A stretch of DNA of 56,630 bases. It comes from Alphaproteobacteria bacterium. GTDB taxonomy: Bacteria; Pseudomonadota; Alphaproteobacteria; Rs-D84. The notes below the pieces were generated by a model. The model was not told the origin of the DNA. It was given only the letters and a program-made list of their open reading frames with translations, and did no database searches. The stretch spans positions 1 to 56,630 of the forward strand of contig JAFSDI010000017.1 of assembly GCA_017436325.1 (NCBI GenBank), given 5' to 3'. Of the stretch, positions 38,243 to 47,852 are shown one piece after another. The position numbers and the translations under genes are program-made. The stretch's first letter is position 1, and each line of letters begins with the position of its first letter.

Positions 38243-39679
38243 ATGAAGACAGCGATTACACCAACACGCGCAGAAAATTTTAGCGAATGGTATCAAAACC
38301 TTATTGTTGCAGCAGATTTGGCTGAAAATGCACCGGTGCGCGGTTGTATGACAATTAAACCCTATGGATGGGCAATATGGGAACTAATGCGTGATGAAAT
38401 GGACCATCGCATCAAGGCGCACGGTGTTCAAAATGCAAATTTCCCTTTGCTGATACCGATTGACTTTTTTAATAAAGAGGCAGAACATGTCGCAGGCTTT
38501 GCCAAAGAATGTGCGGTCGTAACACACCATCGCCTGAAGATGATTGATGGCAGTCTGCAACCAGACCCAGATTCAAAATTGACCGAACCATATATTATTC
38601 GCCCAACGTCTGAAACAATTATTGGCGAAGCGATGTCCCGTTGGGTTCAGTCTTATCGTGATTTGCCACTTAAATTGAATCAGTGGGTGAATGTTATGCG
38701 GTGGGAAATGCGCCCACGTATGTTCTTGCGTACGTCTGAATTTAATTGGCAAGAAGGACACAATGTATTCGCAACACACGAAGAAGCAAACGAAGATGCA
38801 CGCAAAATGCACAAAATGTATGGCGACTATATGCGCGATATTTTGGCAATCCCATCAATTATGGGTGAAAAAACCCCAGAAGAACGCTTTGCAGGGGCAG
38901 ACCATACATATACGCTGGAACATATTATGCAAGACGGCAAAGCATTACAGGCCGGAACATCGCACGATTTAGGACAGCATTTTTCAAAATCCTTTGGCAT
39001 TCAGTTCTTGGGGACAGATGGTAAATTACAACATGGATGGACAACATCATGGGGTACAACAACACGTATGATGGGGTCGATGTTTATGATTCATTCTGAT
39101 GATGATGGTCTGATTTTGCCACCGGCGGTTGCACCGTATCAGGTTGTAATTATTCCAATCACACGCGAAGAAACCGCAGAGGCGTTAAATACATACGCAG
39201 AACAATTGGGTGAAAAATTGCGTGCAAATGGTGTTCGTGTCTTGGTTGATACGACCGATATGCGTGCGCCTGACAAGATGTGGAAATGGATTAAACGCGG
39301 TGTTCCATTGCGTGTTGAAATTGGCAGTCGCGAAATGGATACAAACCAAGTAACGATTACCCGCCGTGATATCGGGCGCGAATCAAAGCGCACAATCACT
39401 TCAGACGAATTAATCGCGACTGTTAATGATATTATGCGCGATATCCATAATACTATGGTTGCGCGGGTTGAAAAACGCAATGCTGAAATGATACACGATG
39501 TCGCTGATTTAGATGCACTGGAAACGGCACTTTCCAATGGCGAAATTGGATTCTTTAGAATCAAATACGAAATGACCAAGAATGACCGCTTTGATGGTCT
39601 GATGGAACAGTACAAGATTACCCGCCGTTGTTTAGATGACAGAAATCCAGAATATGTATTTGTAGCAAAATCATATTAA
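38243..39679 (+). CDS. proS: proline--tRNA ligase (short form without the INS editing domain)
   Basis: The N-terminus reads ...FSEWYQNLIVAADLAENAPVRGCMTIKPYGWAIWE... Class II motifs are ...RPTSET...FRCW-like (MRWEMRPRMFLRTSEF.WQEGH). A length of 478 aa fits the short form. Confidence 0.9.
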   Translation: MKTAITPTRAENFSEWYQNLIVAADLAENAPVRGCMTIKPYGWAIWELMRDEMDHRIKAHGVQNANFPLLIPIDFFNKEAEHVAGFAKECAVVTHHRLKMIDGSLQPDPDSKLTEPYIIRPTSETIIGEAMSRWVQSYRDLPLKLNQWVNVMRWEMRPRMFLRTSEFNWQEGHNVFATHEEANEDARKMHKMYGDYMRDILAIPSIMGEKTPEERFAGADHTYTLEHIMQDGKALQAGTSHDLGQHFSKSFGIQFLGTDGKLQHGWTTSWGTTTRMMGSMFMIHSDDDGLILPPAVAPYQVVIIPITREETAEALNTYAEQLGEKLRANGVRVLVDTTDMRAPDKMWKWIKRGVPLRVEIGSREMDTNQVTITRRDIGRESKRTITSDELIATVNDIMRDIHNTMVARVEKRNAEMIHDVADLDALETALSNGEIGFFRIKYEMTKNDRFDGLMEQYKITRRCLDDRNPEYVFVAKSY

Positions 39680-39706
39680 AAAAAACGGGTTTTAGCCCGT
39701 TTTTTT
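39680..39706 (+). terminator. rho-independent terminator after proS
   Basis: A7-ACGGG-TTTTAG-CCCGT-T7 lies directly after the stop. Confidence 0.75.
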
Positions 39707-39778
39707 ATATAAAAATTCAAAAATCTGATATAGCCATAACAATATCATTTATATTGATTTTTTAATTCATAATTGTAG

Positions 39779-39974
39779 CCGAACTTGATAATAAAAAGTT
39801 CGGGGATTTCAAGTCCCATAAGCCGAGATATTTTAAACATCAGTTTATTTTGCCTGACCTAGGTTGGTTGGCTATCAGTAGTTATACAACAGTTTTTTCC
39901 AAAAGCTAAGAAGCCATTCGGCTTAACCCGACCATCATATCTTGAAAAAAACCGCGTGGGTGCGCGGTTTTTTT
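39779..39974 (+). ncRNA. structured leader RNA module, copy 3 of 4 (shorter and degenerate; no downstream ORF)
   Basis: Hairpin 1 pairs CCGAACUU with AAGUUCGG (39779-39803) and is followed by GGGG, as in the other copies. The UAUACAACAG motif lies at 39883-92. P1 pairs GGUUGG (39862-67) with CCGACC (39928-33). A P4-like hairpin AAGCC-AUUC-GGCUU is present. The terminator is ACCGCG-N6-CGCGGU plus U7 (39951-74). Confidence 0.45.
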
Positions 39975-40030
39975 CTTGCGGTATTCTCAATATAAACTGA
40001 GAAAAGGAGGAAACTTTAATCTTGTTGCCC

Positions 40031-42184
40031 TTATGAGCCAGAACCTTCACCTGAGTCAGATTCTATCGGTTTGCCTTCCAATGCACTGTACACCCAATTT
40101 TTTAACAACACAGGGTTAGGGGTATTACGGACATCGCCATTTACCGACATACATGTTATAATCTGTGGTCGACAGGCATTGATTGCAATATTGTTTGCTG
40201 TTTTTTCTTCATCAGTTTCCTGTTCAGCTTCAATACCTACATACTTATTTTGTGTCAAGCATGCTTCTACATCAGTTAAACAATTTTCGGCATACTCATT
40301 TAACAGATTATCCTGCATTGTTTTAATTTGAACTAATGTACGTTGCAAGTATTCCCTGACAACAGGATTAGCTGGATTATATGTACCATCTTTGTTATAG
40401 CTGACATCCTGACATTTATTTAGGACAGACATACACATACCATAATTTCTGCGATCTTCTTTGTCGTTATAACCGATTTTATGTTGTAAGAATCTGGCTA
40501 AATTATAATCTGTATTTACTGGCAAATATACACCACCACCACTATCTTCCAAAGAATCATTAATATAATCCGTTAAGGAGGAATTCGACCATGCATTTAA
40601 ACTGCTATCTTTAATTTGGTTCCAGGTTTTATACAAGCCTTCTGTCGTATAAACAGGCGGAGTCAATGAACCTGAACCAGAAGATTGACCTGGTTCTGAT
40701 CCAACAACAATTTCACCGTTTACGATATACTTGCCAGTTGGGTCAATACAATTTTCATAATCAGAACCACAGACAAAATCGTCCTGCATACATGAATCAA
40801 GCGCGTTTATGCAACCACGCAAATCATATGCATTCTTTTGCTGTGCAACCATTAAGCGCGCACGTTGCAGAACACTTTTTGCATTGCGTACTGTACGTGC
40901 CATTTCTTCGTTGCTGTCTGTTAAACTGCGTTCATAGGCAACACACTGCTTATCAATTTCCAAATCGTATGCATTTGAAATAATTGATACATCAACACCC
41001 TGGGCAGAACAATCTGTTAATACCGCCGCCTTGCAACGCGCAGCAGCTGTTTTATATAATTGTTCGCCACGCTGATTACTGATACTGTTGGTATTCGACT
41101 GATTACCACCAAACAATGATGCTAAATCAAAGCCAGTGCTGTCGATAGAGAAATCCAACATACCAGACAAATCAAAACTCATCCCTGTTTCTGTAGAAGA
41201 TGCCGTTCCGCCCTTTACATCGACAATCAATCTCTTGATTTTATCCAAATCATTCTTTAACTGTGAATTATCAGATTTTGACTGCATTGTTTCTTCTGCA
41301 ATTGTCTGCGTGAACAAGGTTTCAACTTCATCACCAGTCAAGCCAATATACTGAATCTGTTGTGCAACGTCTTGTAATGCCTCTGTCGCTGTTTTTAATG
41401 CTTCTTCGGTTTTGGCATAGTTCTTTAGATTCTTTGAACAGCTGCAACGTCCCTGATTATCATCCAGAACATTACAGAAATTATCCATACACTGGGTATA
41501 CTGCGCCTTGCAAAAATCAGTGATTTGCGCCAATTCATCCATTGACATCGCAACCTGCTCGGCCGATTCGCTGGCAGTTGTGCTGGCACCCACACTTGCA
41601 GTAACACTTGGGATACGTGCACGAACCGCACCAGAACGCATCGCAACACGACCTGTATACAATGGCGCATTAACAGTATCTGTTTGTGTAATTCCAGCAC
41701 GCGACACATCGACAGCCGGCGCATTATTATTTTGCATTGCACGGCGCGTTACAGAAATCTGTTCTTGGGATGTCGGACGCGCAACAGTCGAACGCGATAC
41801 AGCACCGCGTGTCATCGCACCCTGAGTCGTTGCAGTACGTGGTGCAACACGTTGTGTTGTCGCACTGCGTGACGATGGGGTCACACGACCAGTCGCAGCA
41901 ACGCGCCTTGCGCTGTTGTCCGCAGACGATGCAGCACCAGACACAGGCACTGCACGTGAAACAGTACGTCCAGGATTTGCAGTACCACGTGCCCCAGCAC
42001 GAGGAGACTGTACCGCCGGCGCAACATATACCGCACTTCCCTGCTCTATCGTTGCATCATCAGACACTTCTGTATCTGCAACATCTGAAACCTCTTGATA
42101 AGTTTCATCGTAATAAAGCGGTGCAACCTCTGCAAATGCAGGTAACACCAACAGTCCACTTAATACTGCAATAAATCTTTTCAT
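40031..42184 (-). CDS. large secreted protein: Arg/Ser/Thr/Ala-rich low-complexity region plus Cys-rich C-terminal domain, unknown family
   Basis: The signal peptide is MKRFIAVLSGLLVLPAFAE. Residues ~60-200 are R/S/T/A/V-rich quasi-repeats (...RVAATGRVTPSSRSATTQRVAPRTATTQGAMTRGAVSRSTVARPTS...). A Cys-patterned domain follows (FCKAQYTQCMDNFCNVLDDNQGRCSCS...). A GAAGGGAAG SD lies upstream. Confidence 0.65.
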   Translation of the reverse strand: MKRFIAVLSGLLVLPAFAEVAPLYYDETYQEVSDVADTEVSDDATIEQGSAVYVAPAVQSPRAGARGTANPGRTVSRAVPVSGAASSADNSARRVAATGRVTPSSRSATTQRVAPRTATTQGAMTRGAVSRSTVARPTSQEQISVTRRAMQNNNAPAVDVSRAGITQTDTVNAPLYTGRVAMRSGAVRARIPSVTASVGASTTASESAEQVAMSMDELAQITDFCKAQYTQCMDNFCNVLDDNQGRCSCSKNLKNYAKTEEALKTATEALQDVAQQIQYIGLTGDEVETLFTQTIAEETMQSKSDNSQLKNDLDKIKRLIVDVKGGTASSTETGMSFDLSGMLDFSIDSTGFDLASLFGGNQSNTNSISNQRGEQLYKTAAARCKAAVLTDCSAQGVDVSIISNAYDLEIDKQCVAYERSLTDSNEEMARTVRNAKSVLQRARLMVAQQKNAYDLRGCINALDSCMQDDFVCGSDYENCIDPTGKYIVNGEIVVGSEPGQSSGSGSLTPPVYTTEGLYKTWNQIKDSSLNAWSNSSLTDYINDSLEDSGGGVYLPVNTDYNLARFLQHKIGYNDKEDRRNYGMCMSVLNKCQDVSYNKDGTYNPANPVVREYLQRTLVQIKTMQDNLLNEYAENCLTDVEACLTQNKYVGIEAEQETDEEKTANNIAINACRPQIITCMSVNGDVRNTPNPVLLKNWVYSALEGKPIESDSGEGSGS

Positions 42185-42259
42185 AGCAAATCTTCCCTTC
42201 TCTTTAGACAGATTTTATCATATATCAAAAATTAATACAAGAGTATTTTTGACAAAAAA

Positions 42260-43282
42260 TTAAGATTTTTTTTCACCACTATTTATCTGCCAACGCCATG
42301 CAGACTGTAACGTATTTGATAGCGGAACTTTTGCACGCCAATTTAAAACCTTTGCCGCAGATGTTGCATCCGCCCAAATCGCAGGAACATCACCGTCACG
42401 ACGCGCAACTATTTCATATGGAACAGAAACGCCAGTCGCATCACGAAACGCATCTATCAATTCCATAACCGAATAACCGCGACCAGTCCCAAGATTAAAT
42501 GTACTTACACCATCTGTACCAGACAACATATTATTTAATGCCGCAACATGCGCCGCAGCCAAATCATTAACATCAATATAATCGCGAATACAAAAACCAT
42601 CTGGTGTATCATAATCATTACCAAAAACACGTAATATCGGACGAATTCCCGCCGCAGTTTGTGTTATGTACGGCATCAAATTATTCGGTATGCCAGATGG
42701 ATTTTCCCCAATAAATCCAGATGGATGCGCACCAATAGGATTAAAATAACGCAATAATGTCGCGCGCATCTTTGGATTTGCTGCGACACAATCACGAACA
42801 ATCGTTTCACCAATTACCTTGGTCTGGCCGTATGGCGATGTCGCCGGCTGAAGCGGGGTGTCTTCGGTGACAGGCAACGTTTCAGGCACACCATATACTG
42901 TTGCAGATGAAGAAAATACAATACTGGGGATTTCAAATTCTGTCATACATAATAACACATTCATCAATCCAACAAGATTATTGCGATAATATAACAATGG
43001 ACGTTGCACAGATTCACCCACAGCCTTTAACGCAGCAAAATGTATCACACCAACCGCATCAGAATGCCGCGAAAAAGCATCACGAAGCGCAGATAAGTCT
43101 GTACAATCAATCTGAACAAATTCGGGGCGCGTGCCTGTTATACGCTCAATGCCATACAATGAATCTGTTGTGGAATTTGATAAATTGTCAAAAACAACAA
43201 CCTTGAAACCAGATTCTTGTAACGCAACCGCGGTATGCGAACCAATATAACCTGTGCCACCTGTAATTATTATATTTTGCAT
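42260..43282 (-). CDS. galE: UDP-glucose 4-epimerase
   Basis: The motifs are MQNIIITGGTGYIGSH (Rossmann GxxGxxG), ...SSSATVYG and ...YGQTK (YxxxK). A length of 340 aa fits GalE. Confidence 0.9.
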   Translation of the reverse strand: MQNIIITGGTGYIGSHTAVALQESGFKVVVFDNLSNSTTDSLYGIERITGTRPEFVQIDCTDLSALRDAFSRHSDAVGVIHFAALKAVGESVQRPLLYYRNNLVGLMNVLLCMTEFEIPSIVFSSSATVYGVPETLPVTEDTPLQPATSPYGQTKVIGETIVRDCVAANPKMRATLLRYFNPIGAHPSGFIGENPSGIPNNLMPYITQTAAGIRPILRVFGNDYDTPDGFCIRDYIDVNDLAAAHVAALNNMLSGTDGVSTFNLGTGRGYSVMELIDAFRDATGVSVPYEIVARRDGDVPAIWADATSAAKVLNWRAKVPLSNTLQSAWRWQINSGEKKS

Positions 43283-43456
43283 AATATATGTCCCCCTGTG
43301 TTATATGAATCTATTATGTTATACATATAATATATATAACGAAAATTTATTGCAAAGGTAAAGTATCCTAAATCATTAAAAAACTTAATGATTTTTACTT
43401 GCAGGCAAATTATCTTTTGTTTATAATCTCAACACAACATATAAAGGCTAATTAAA

Positions 43457-45046
43457 TTGGGAATATTTAAAAAAGTTTCTATGTGGATTTTAACATTACC
43501 ATTGTTGGGATGCACAACTGTGCCAACAACAACACACGATACACGACTGGAACACTATTCGCCAAAAATTACATCAGACGATTTTAATTATAACCCTTAT
43601 GAAACACCAATTGCACAGTATTATGCAGATGAACTGCACGCAGAACCAGATATTTCCGGCGCAACACTTATTGAAGACGGACTGTCCGCATTTGTTATAA
43701 GATCTGCATTTGCACGAATGGCAACAAAAACCATCGATTTGCAGACTTATATTTATAGTAATGATTTTACGTCACGTGTCTTAATCGCAGAACTAAAAAA
43801 CGCTGCAGACCGTGGGGTAAAAGTTCGCATATTGCTGGATGATTATGGAACAAAATCTGATATAGTTGATGTTATGCTGCTAAATCAGCATCCAAATATA
43901 GAAGTCAAAGTATTTAATACTGTCGCAAACCGTTCAAAATTGTTGTACTATCCACAATTTTTAACAGATTTTAACAGACTTAATTCACGTATGCATAACA
44001 AACTGTTTATCGTAGATAATGTTGCCTATATCACAGGTGGCAGAAATGTCGGCAGTAATTATTTCTATCCAGAAACAGCATCAAACTTTTCAGATACTGA
44101 CGTTTTGTTTATTGGCGGTATGACAAAATATGCAACAAACAGTTTTAACGAATATTGGAATCATCACTTGTCAATTCCTGCGTCTGTATTTCCAAAAGCA
44201 AAATCAAAACGCGCATTGAAAAAATTAGAGCATTCTTTTGAACAAATCGAACAACGTAATGCAGAAAATATTCGCAAATATAATACTATAATCAATCTGG
44301 CACAGCGAGAATTTAAACATAAAAAATTTGACTTTAGTTGGGGACATGGGAAATTCTTGGCTGATCCGCCGCAGAAAGTCGAAATGACAATGGATGAAAA
44401 AGAATCTTATCGCGGTGAAATTGTAAAGGCACTGCAGCATTTGTGGAATACCACTAATAAGTCGGTATATATGTCCGCAGCATACTTTGTCCCAGGACAA
44501 GGCGGGCTGGAACATATGTTACGCGAAGAAAATTCTGGGGTACACTTAACAATTGTAACAAATTCATTGTCGTCAACAAATGCGCCAACAGTATACGCAA
44601 AATGGGAAAAATATAGAAAAAAACTGATTGAATCCGGCGCAGATGTCTATGAATTTATGGAGTCTGCAGAAAACCTGCGCGGGAAAGAACACGACCGTGA
44701 AAGAAAGCAGTCTAGTTTTTCTGTGTTGCACAGCAAAACAATGGTCTTTGACGATGATATTTCTTGGATTGGCAGTTTTAATCTTGACCCACGCAGCGCA
44801 TATTATAACACCGAAAATGTCGCAATATTCGAAAGTCGTGACTTCGCAGATAAATTACGCAATATGATTATTCAGGATACTAAAACATCTTGGCGAGTTT
44901 CACTGGATGAAAAAGGTAAACCTGTCTGGACAGGTAAAAGACCAGACGATACAAAACCACGCACATATCATCATGCGCCAGATACAGGTTTGCTGCGCAG
45001 ATTTTGGAAAACATTATGCAATTTAGTTCCTGAGAAATTCGTTTAA
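43457..45046 (+). CDS. phospholipase D / cardiolipin-synthase-like protein (two HKD motifs), probable lipoprotein
   Basis: The start is a TTG with an AAAGG SD. The lipobox-like sequence is LTLPLLGCTT. The HKD motifs are HNKLFIVDN and LHSKTMVFDD, each followed by GS.N. Confidence 0.8.
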   Translation: MGIFKKVSMWILTLPLLGCTTVPTTTHDTRLEHYSPKITSDDFNYNPYETPIAQYYADELHAEPDISGATLIEDGLSAFVIRSAFARMATKTIDLQTYIYSNDFTSRVLIAELKNAADRGVKVRILLDDYGTKSDIVDVMLLNQHPNIEVKVFNTVANRSKLLYYPQFLTDFNRLNSRMHNKLFIVDNVAYITGGRNVGSNYFYPETASNFSDTDVLFIGGMTKYATNSFNEYWNHHLSIPASVFPKAKSKRALKKLEHSFEQIEQRNAENIRKYNTIINLAQREFKHKKFDFSWGHGKFLADPPQKVEMTMDEKESYRGEIVKALQHLWNTTNKSVYMSAAYFVPGQGGLEHMLREENSGVHLTIVTNSLSSTNAPTVYAKWEKYRKKLIESGADVYEFMESAENLRGKEHDRERKQSSFSVLHSKTMVFDDDISWIGSFNLDPRSAYYNTENVAIFESRDFADKLRNMIIQDTKTSWRVSLDEKGKPVWTGKRPDDTKPRTYHHAPDTGLLRRFWKTLCNLVPEKFV

Positions 45047-45057
45047 TGGAAAATTTG

Positions 45058-46353
45058 TTAACTGTTTTCCTTGATAATCTTCCACAGGTTTTTAGCGCCG
45101 CTTTTTGTCTTGCCCCAAATCTTTTTAACATCAGATTGCAACATATCGCCCATCGATGTGTTTATCGCACCGCCAATTTCTGATGCTATTTTGCTGGCAT
45201 TCTTGGCAAGATATATCGATATCGCTAATACCAATATAGAAACAAAAAATCCAGAACTTTCAAACTTTGGCAATGCATCAGATGTGTTTAGCGTAACAAC
45301 CTCTGACAACAATCCTGCACATAACGATATGACAATAGATAAAACAACAAAATGCAAGGCAGCATCTATAAATCTGCTGACTTGCGATTTTAATGATTCT
45401 GCTTTGAACAAGTCCATAAAACCATTAAATATATCGCCAAGAATGCCTTTGTATGATGTCTTGCCAATCGTTTCTGCCAATGCTGTAAATGGCAACATCA
45501 TAATGCCTAAAAATAAGTCAGCAATAACACCAAACGCAACAAATATAAAACGCCAACCAATATATATAAAACCAACAACAAAAATTAAACCACACAAAAA
45601 TGAAAAAGCACTGTGACCAATACCCATAGACATCCAACGCCAACCAGTCGCAATGGCAGAATAACAAAAACCAGATAACCGTGTCGGCAAACACATTATG
45701 TCTGCGGCATAACCAGCATTTATTAAATTAGTGTCTGTGGTATGCGCAATGGTATATTCACGAATCGCAGCACATGTGTCTGGCAATTCCATACCAACAA
45801 TGCCAGAAACCACGTTCAAAATACCGTCAGATATATATGTGGCCGCAGTTAAAATCGGCGACATAACCATCATAAACGTCTGCGCGGGACCAATACGCAA
45901 TACTGCAATCCACATAAAAATAATTACGCCTTTTTTTATAATTTCAATGGTTTTTTCTTTGGCATCTGCCTTGGCTGTTATAATTGTGTATGCTTCGAAC
46001 ATAGTCCAAAATATATACGCAATTATCATAAATATTATTGTAAATCTGACCAATGACAAATCCAAAATATGCGCAACGTGTGACAGCCCATTCATAAACG
46101 CAAGTCCTATCTTGGCTTCTGGGGGAACATAATCTGCAACCACACGTTTTTGAAATTCGCCTTGGAATTCATTTATGTCATTTGTCATAGATGTAACAAA
46201 TAATTCACGATTAACGTCTGTGGCCCAGCTGCCATAGTCGCCAATATCACCCATCGGCAGGTTAGATTCTGCACAAAAAGACGACATCGAAATACACAGT
46301 GATATCAAAACCACAAGTAAACGTGATAAAAATTGTTTTATTATTCGTTGCAC
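45058..46353 (-). CDS. polytopic membrane protein, paralogue 1 of 5 (tentatively TrbL/VirB6-like)
   Basis: The start is a GTG with an AAGGTG SD, 11 nt after the stop of the preceding gene. A signal-peptide-like N-terminus and at least 6 hydrophobic segments are present. A Cys pair lies in the first large loop (PDTCAAI...DIMCLP). The core motif is IMMLPFTALAETIG. Confidence 0.5.
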   Translation of the reverse strand: MQRIIKQFLSRLLVVLISLCISMSSFCAESNLPMGDIGDYGSWATDVNRELFVTSMTNDINEFQGEFQKRVVADYVPPEAKIGLAFMNGLSHVAHILDLSLVRFTIIFMIIAYIFWTMFEAYTIITAKADAKEKTIEIIKKGVIIFMWIAVLRIGPAQTFMMVMSPILTAATYISDGILNVVSGIVGMELPDTCAAIREYTIAHTTDTNLINAGYAADIMCLPTRLSGFCYSAIATGWRWMSMGIGHSAFSFLCGLIFVVGFIYIGWRFIFVAFGVIADLFLGIMMLPFTALAETIGKTSYKGILGDIFNGFMDLFKAESLKSQVSRFIDAALHFVVLSIVISLCAGLLSEVVTLNTSDALPKFESSGFFVSILVLAISIYLAKNASKIASEIGGAINTSMGDMLQSDVKKIWGKTKSGAKNLWKIIKENS

Positions 46354-46364
46354 TGTAACACACC

Positions 46365-47852
46365 TTAATCAGACATACCTTTGGTAATTCCCTGGGCGAT
46401 TTGTTTTGGCACAGACCAAACCTTTTTGCCCAAACTATGAACCCATGCACCATAATCAAACTGTTCGCCAGTTTGTTCCATCTTGTTTTCATTACCGTTC
46501 GTAAAGCGAACAAGCGTACTGTTTGGCAATAATTTATCAATCCGTGGACTGATGATATAATAATATAAAAAGAATAAACAGACCATCATCAATAAAAATC
46601 CCCAACCGTCACGCAGAAAATCAAATGCGTCTGGATATATACGCTCAACCTGTGCACGGCGTGCAGTAAAACAATTCTTAAACAAGTCTTTATCAAGACC
46701 ATCTGACGTCATTGATACGGATTCACATTCTGAAAACACATTCATAACAGATAATGTTTGCGTGTCAGGATTATCTGCCTGCATACCCATCATTGGTGGC
46801 AATATCGCAGTATATCCATCTGCGGGTGCAGGGAAATACATATCTGCGGCATAAGAAATAGTGGCATACAATATAACCACCTTTAGGCTGATTGCAACTA
46901 TTCGAACCGCCGATGATACCAACATACCAATTGCGTTGCTGACCAGTGAGTTAGCCTTGGCCCAAACACCTTCGAATGCTGTTGCAGCCAATAACAATGG
47001 TAAAAAGATTATTATGAATACTAACTTAAATACAACTGATAAAACCTGAAAAAATAAATCAAAACCAACAATTAAAAACATTAGCACAAGTGTCAAACCA
47101 GCCAACCAGGTAAATACCCCACCACCCATATCAAGCCACGCATAATTCATCAGTGCAAAACCACCTGCAGCGCCAGCCAGCATTACACTATTCAAATTTC
47201 CCATAACACACATAAACGGACGCATTATCGGATTTAATATATCGGCAGATTCTGTTTCGCCAATCGCACTTAATGCATTACACTGCGCAGCATCAGAAAT
47301 GCCAGTCGCCGCCATCGCAAGTTCAGAACCAACATATAAAACAGGCGTTATTGTTAGCTGTGAAACAGTACGCAACGCAGTCGTACCACCCAAACCAAGC
47401 GCACCAATCAAAACACCAACAAATAAAATTCTAATACCTTGTTTCCAGACCTTATCGAACCATTCTTTAAATTCGAATTTATATTCTTTGGCATCTAAGG
47501 TCGCTGTCTTTTTTGCGTTGTTATACATATATTGTATCGTATGTATTAAAACAAATACACCAAAACCAAATACAACAAGAACCCATATACTATCAACCAT
47601 TATGTCCCAAAAACGATGAGTCGCATCACCAATAACAGCAAATAAATCAGAAATATACCGACACATAAAACAGCCATTCGCACTTGCAATATCGCCATTT
47701 TCAACACCAATAGATGATAAAAAATTATCCATACTGGTATACGTCATTGCAGAACCACCCAATGATGATGATAAATACCAAATGCCAACCCCCAGCGCAA
47801 TCGCACACATTATGATTTTTACGGCGGCCATAATTAATTTTGCTTTTAACAT
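46365..47852 (-). CDS. polytopic membrane protein, paralogue 2 of 5 (tentatively TrbL/VirB6-like)
   Basis: The ATG overlaps the stop of the upstream gene (TAATG). The N-terminal CxxC is NGCFMCRYISDLF. The loop Cys pair is AAQCNAL...RPFMCVM. The core LFFQVLSVVFKLVFIIIFLPLLLAATAFEG...SNAIGMLVSSAVRIV resembles the TrbL central region, as I recall it. Confidence 0.55.
   Translation of the reverse strand: MLKAKLIMAAVKIIMCAIALGVGIWYLSSSLGGSAMTYTSMDNFLSSIGVENGDIASANGCFMCRYISDLFAVIGDATHRFWDIMVDSIWVLVVFGFGVFVLIHTIQYMYNNAKKTATLDAKEYKFEFKEWFDKVWKQGIRILFVGVLIGALGLGGTTALRTVSQLTITPVLYVGSELAMAATGISDAAQCNALSAIGETESADILNPIMRPFMCVMGNLNSVMLAGAAGGFALMNYAWLDMGGGVFTWLAGLTLVLMFLIVGFDLFFQVLSVVFKLVFIIIFLPLLLAATAFEGVWAKANSLVSNAIGMLVSSAVRIVAISLKVVILYATISYAADMYFPAPADGYTAILPPMMGMQADNPDTQTLSVMNVFSECESVSMTSDGLDKDLFKNCFTARRAQVERIYPDAFDFLRDGWGFLLMMVCLFFLYYYIISPRIDKLLPNSTLVRFTNGNENKMEQTGEQFDYGAWVHSLGKKVWSVPKQIAQGITKGMSD

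Noticed and set aside
41508-42174. Plus-strand ORFs 41508-41825, 41684-41872, 41737-42174 and 41916-42098
   Set aside because: All lie antisense to the locally GC-rich Arg/Thr/Ser/Ala-repeat segment of the 717-aa gene, where stop codons are rare in every frame. They overlap one another and have no SDs.
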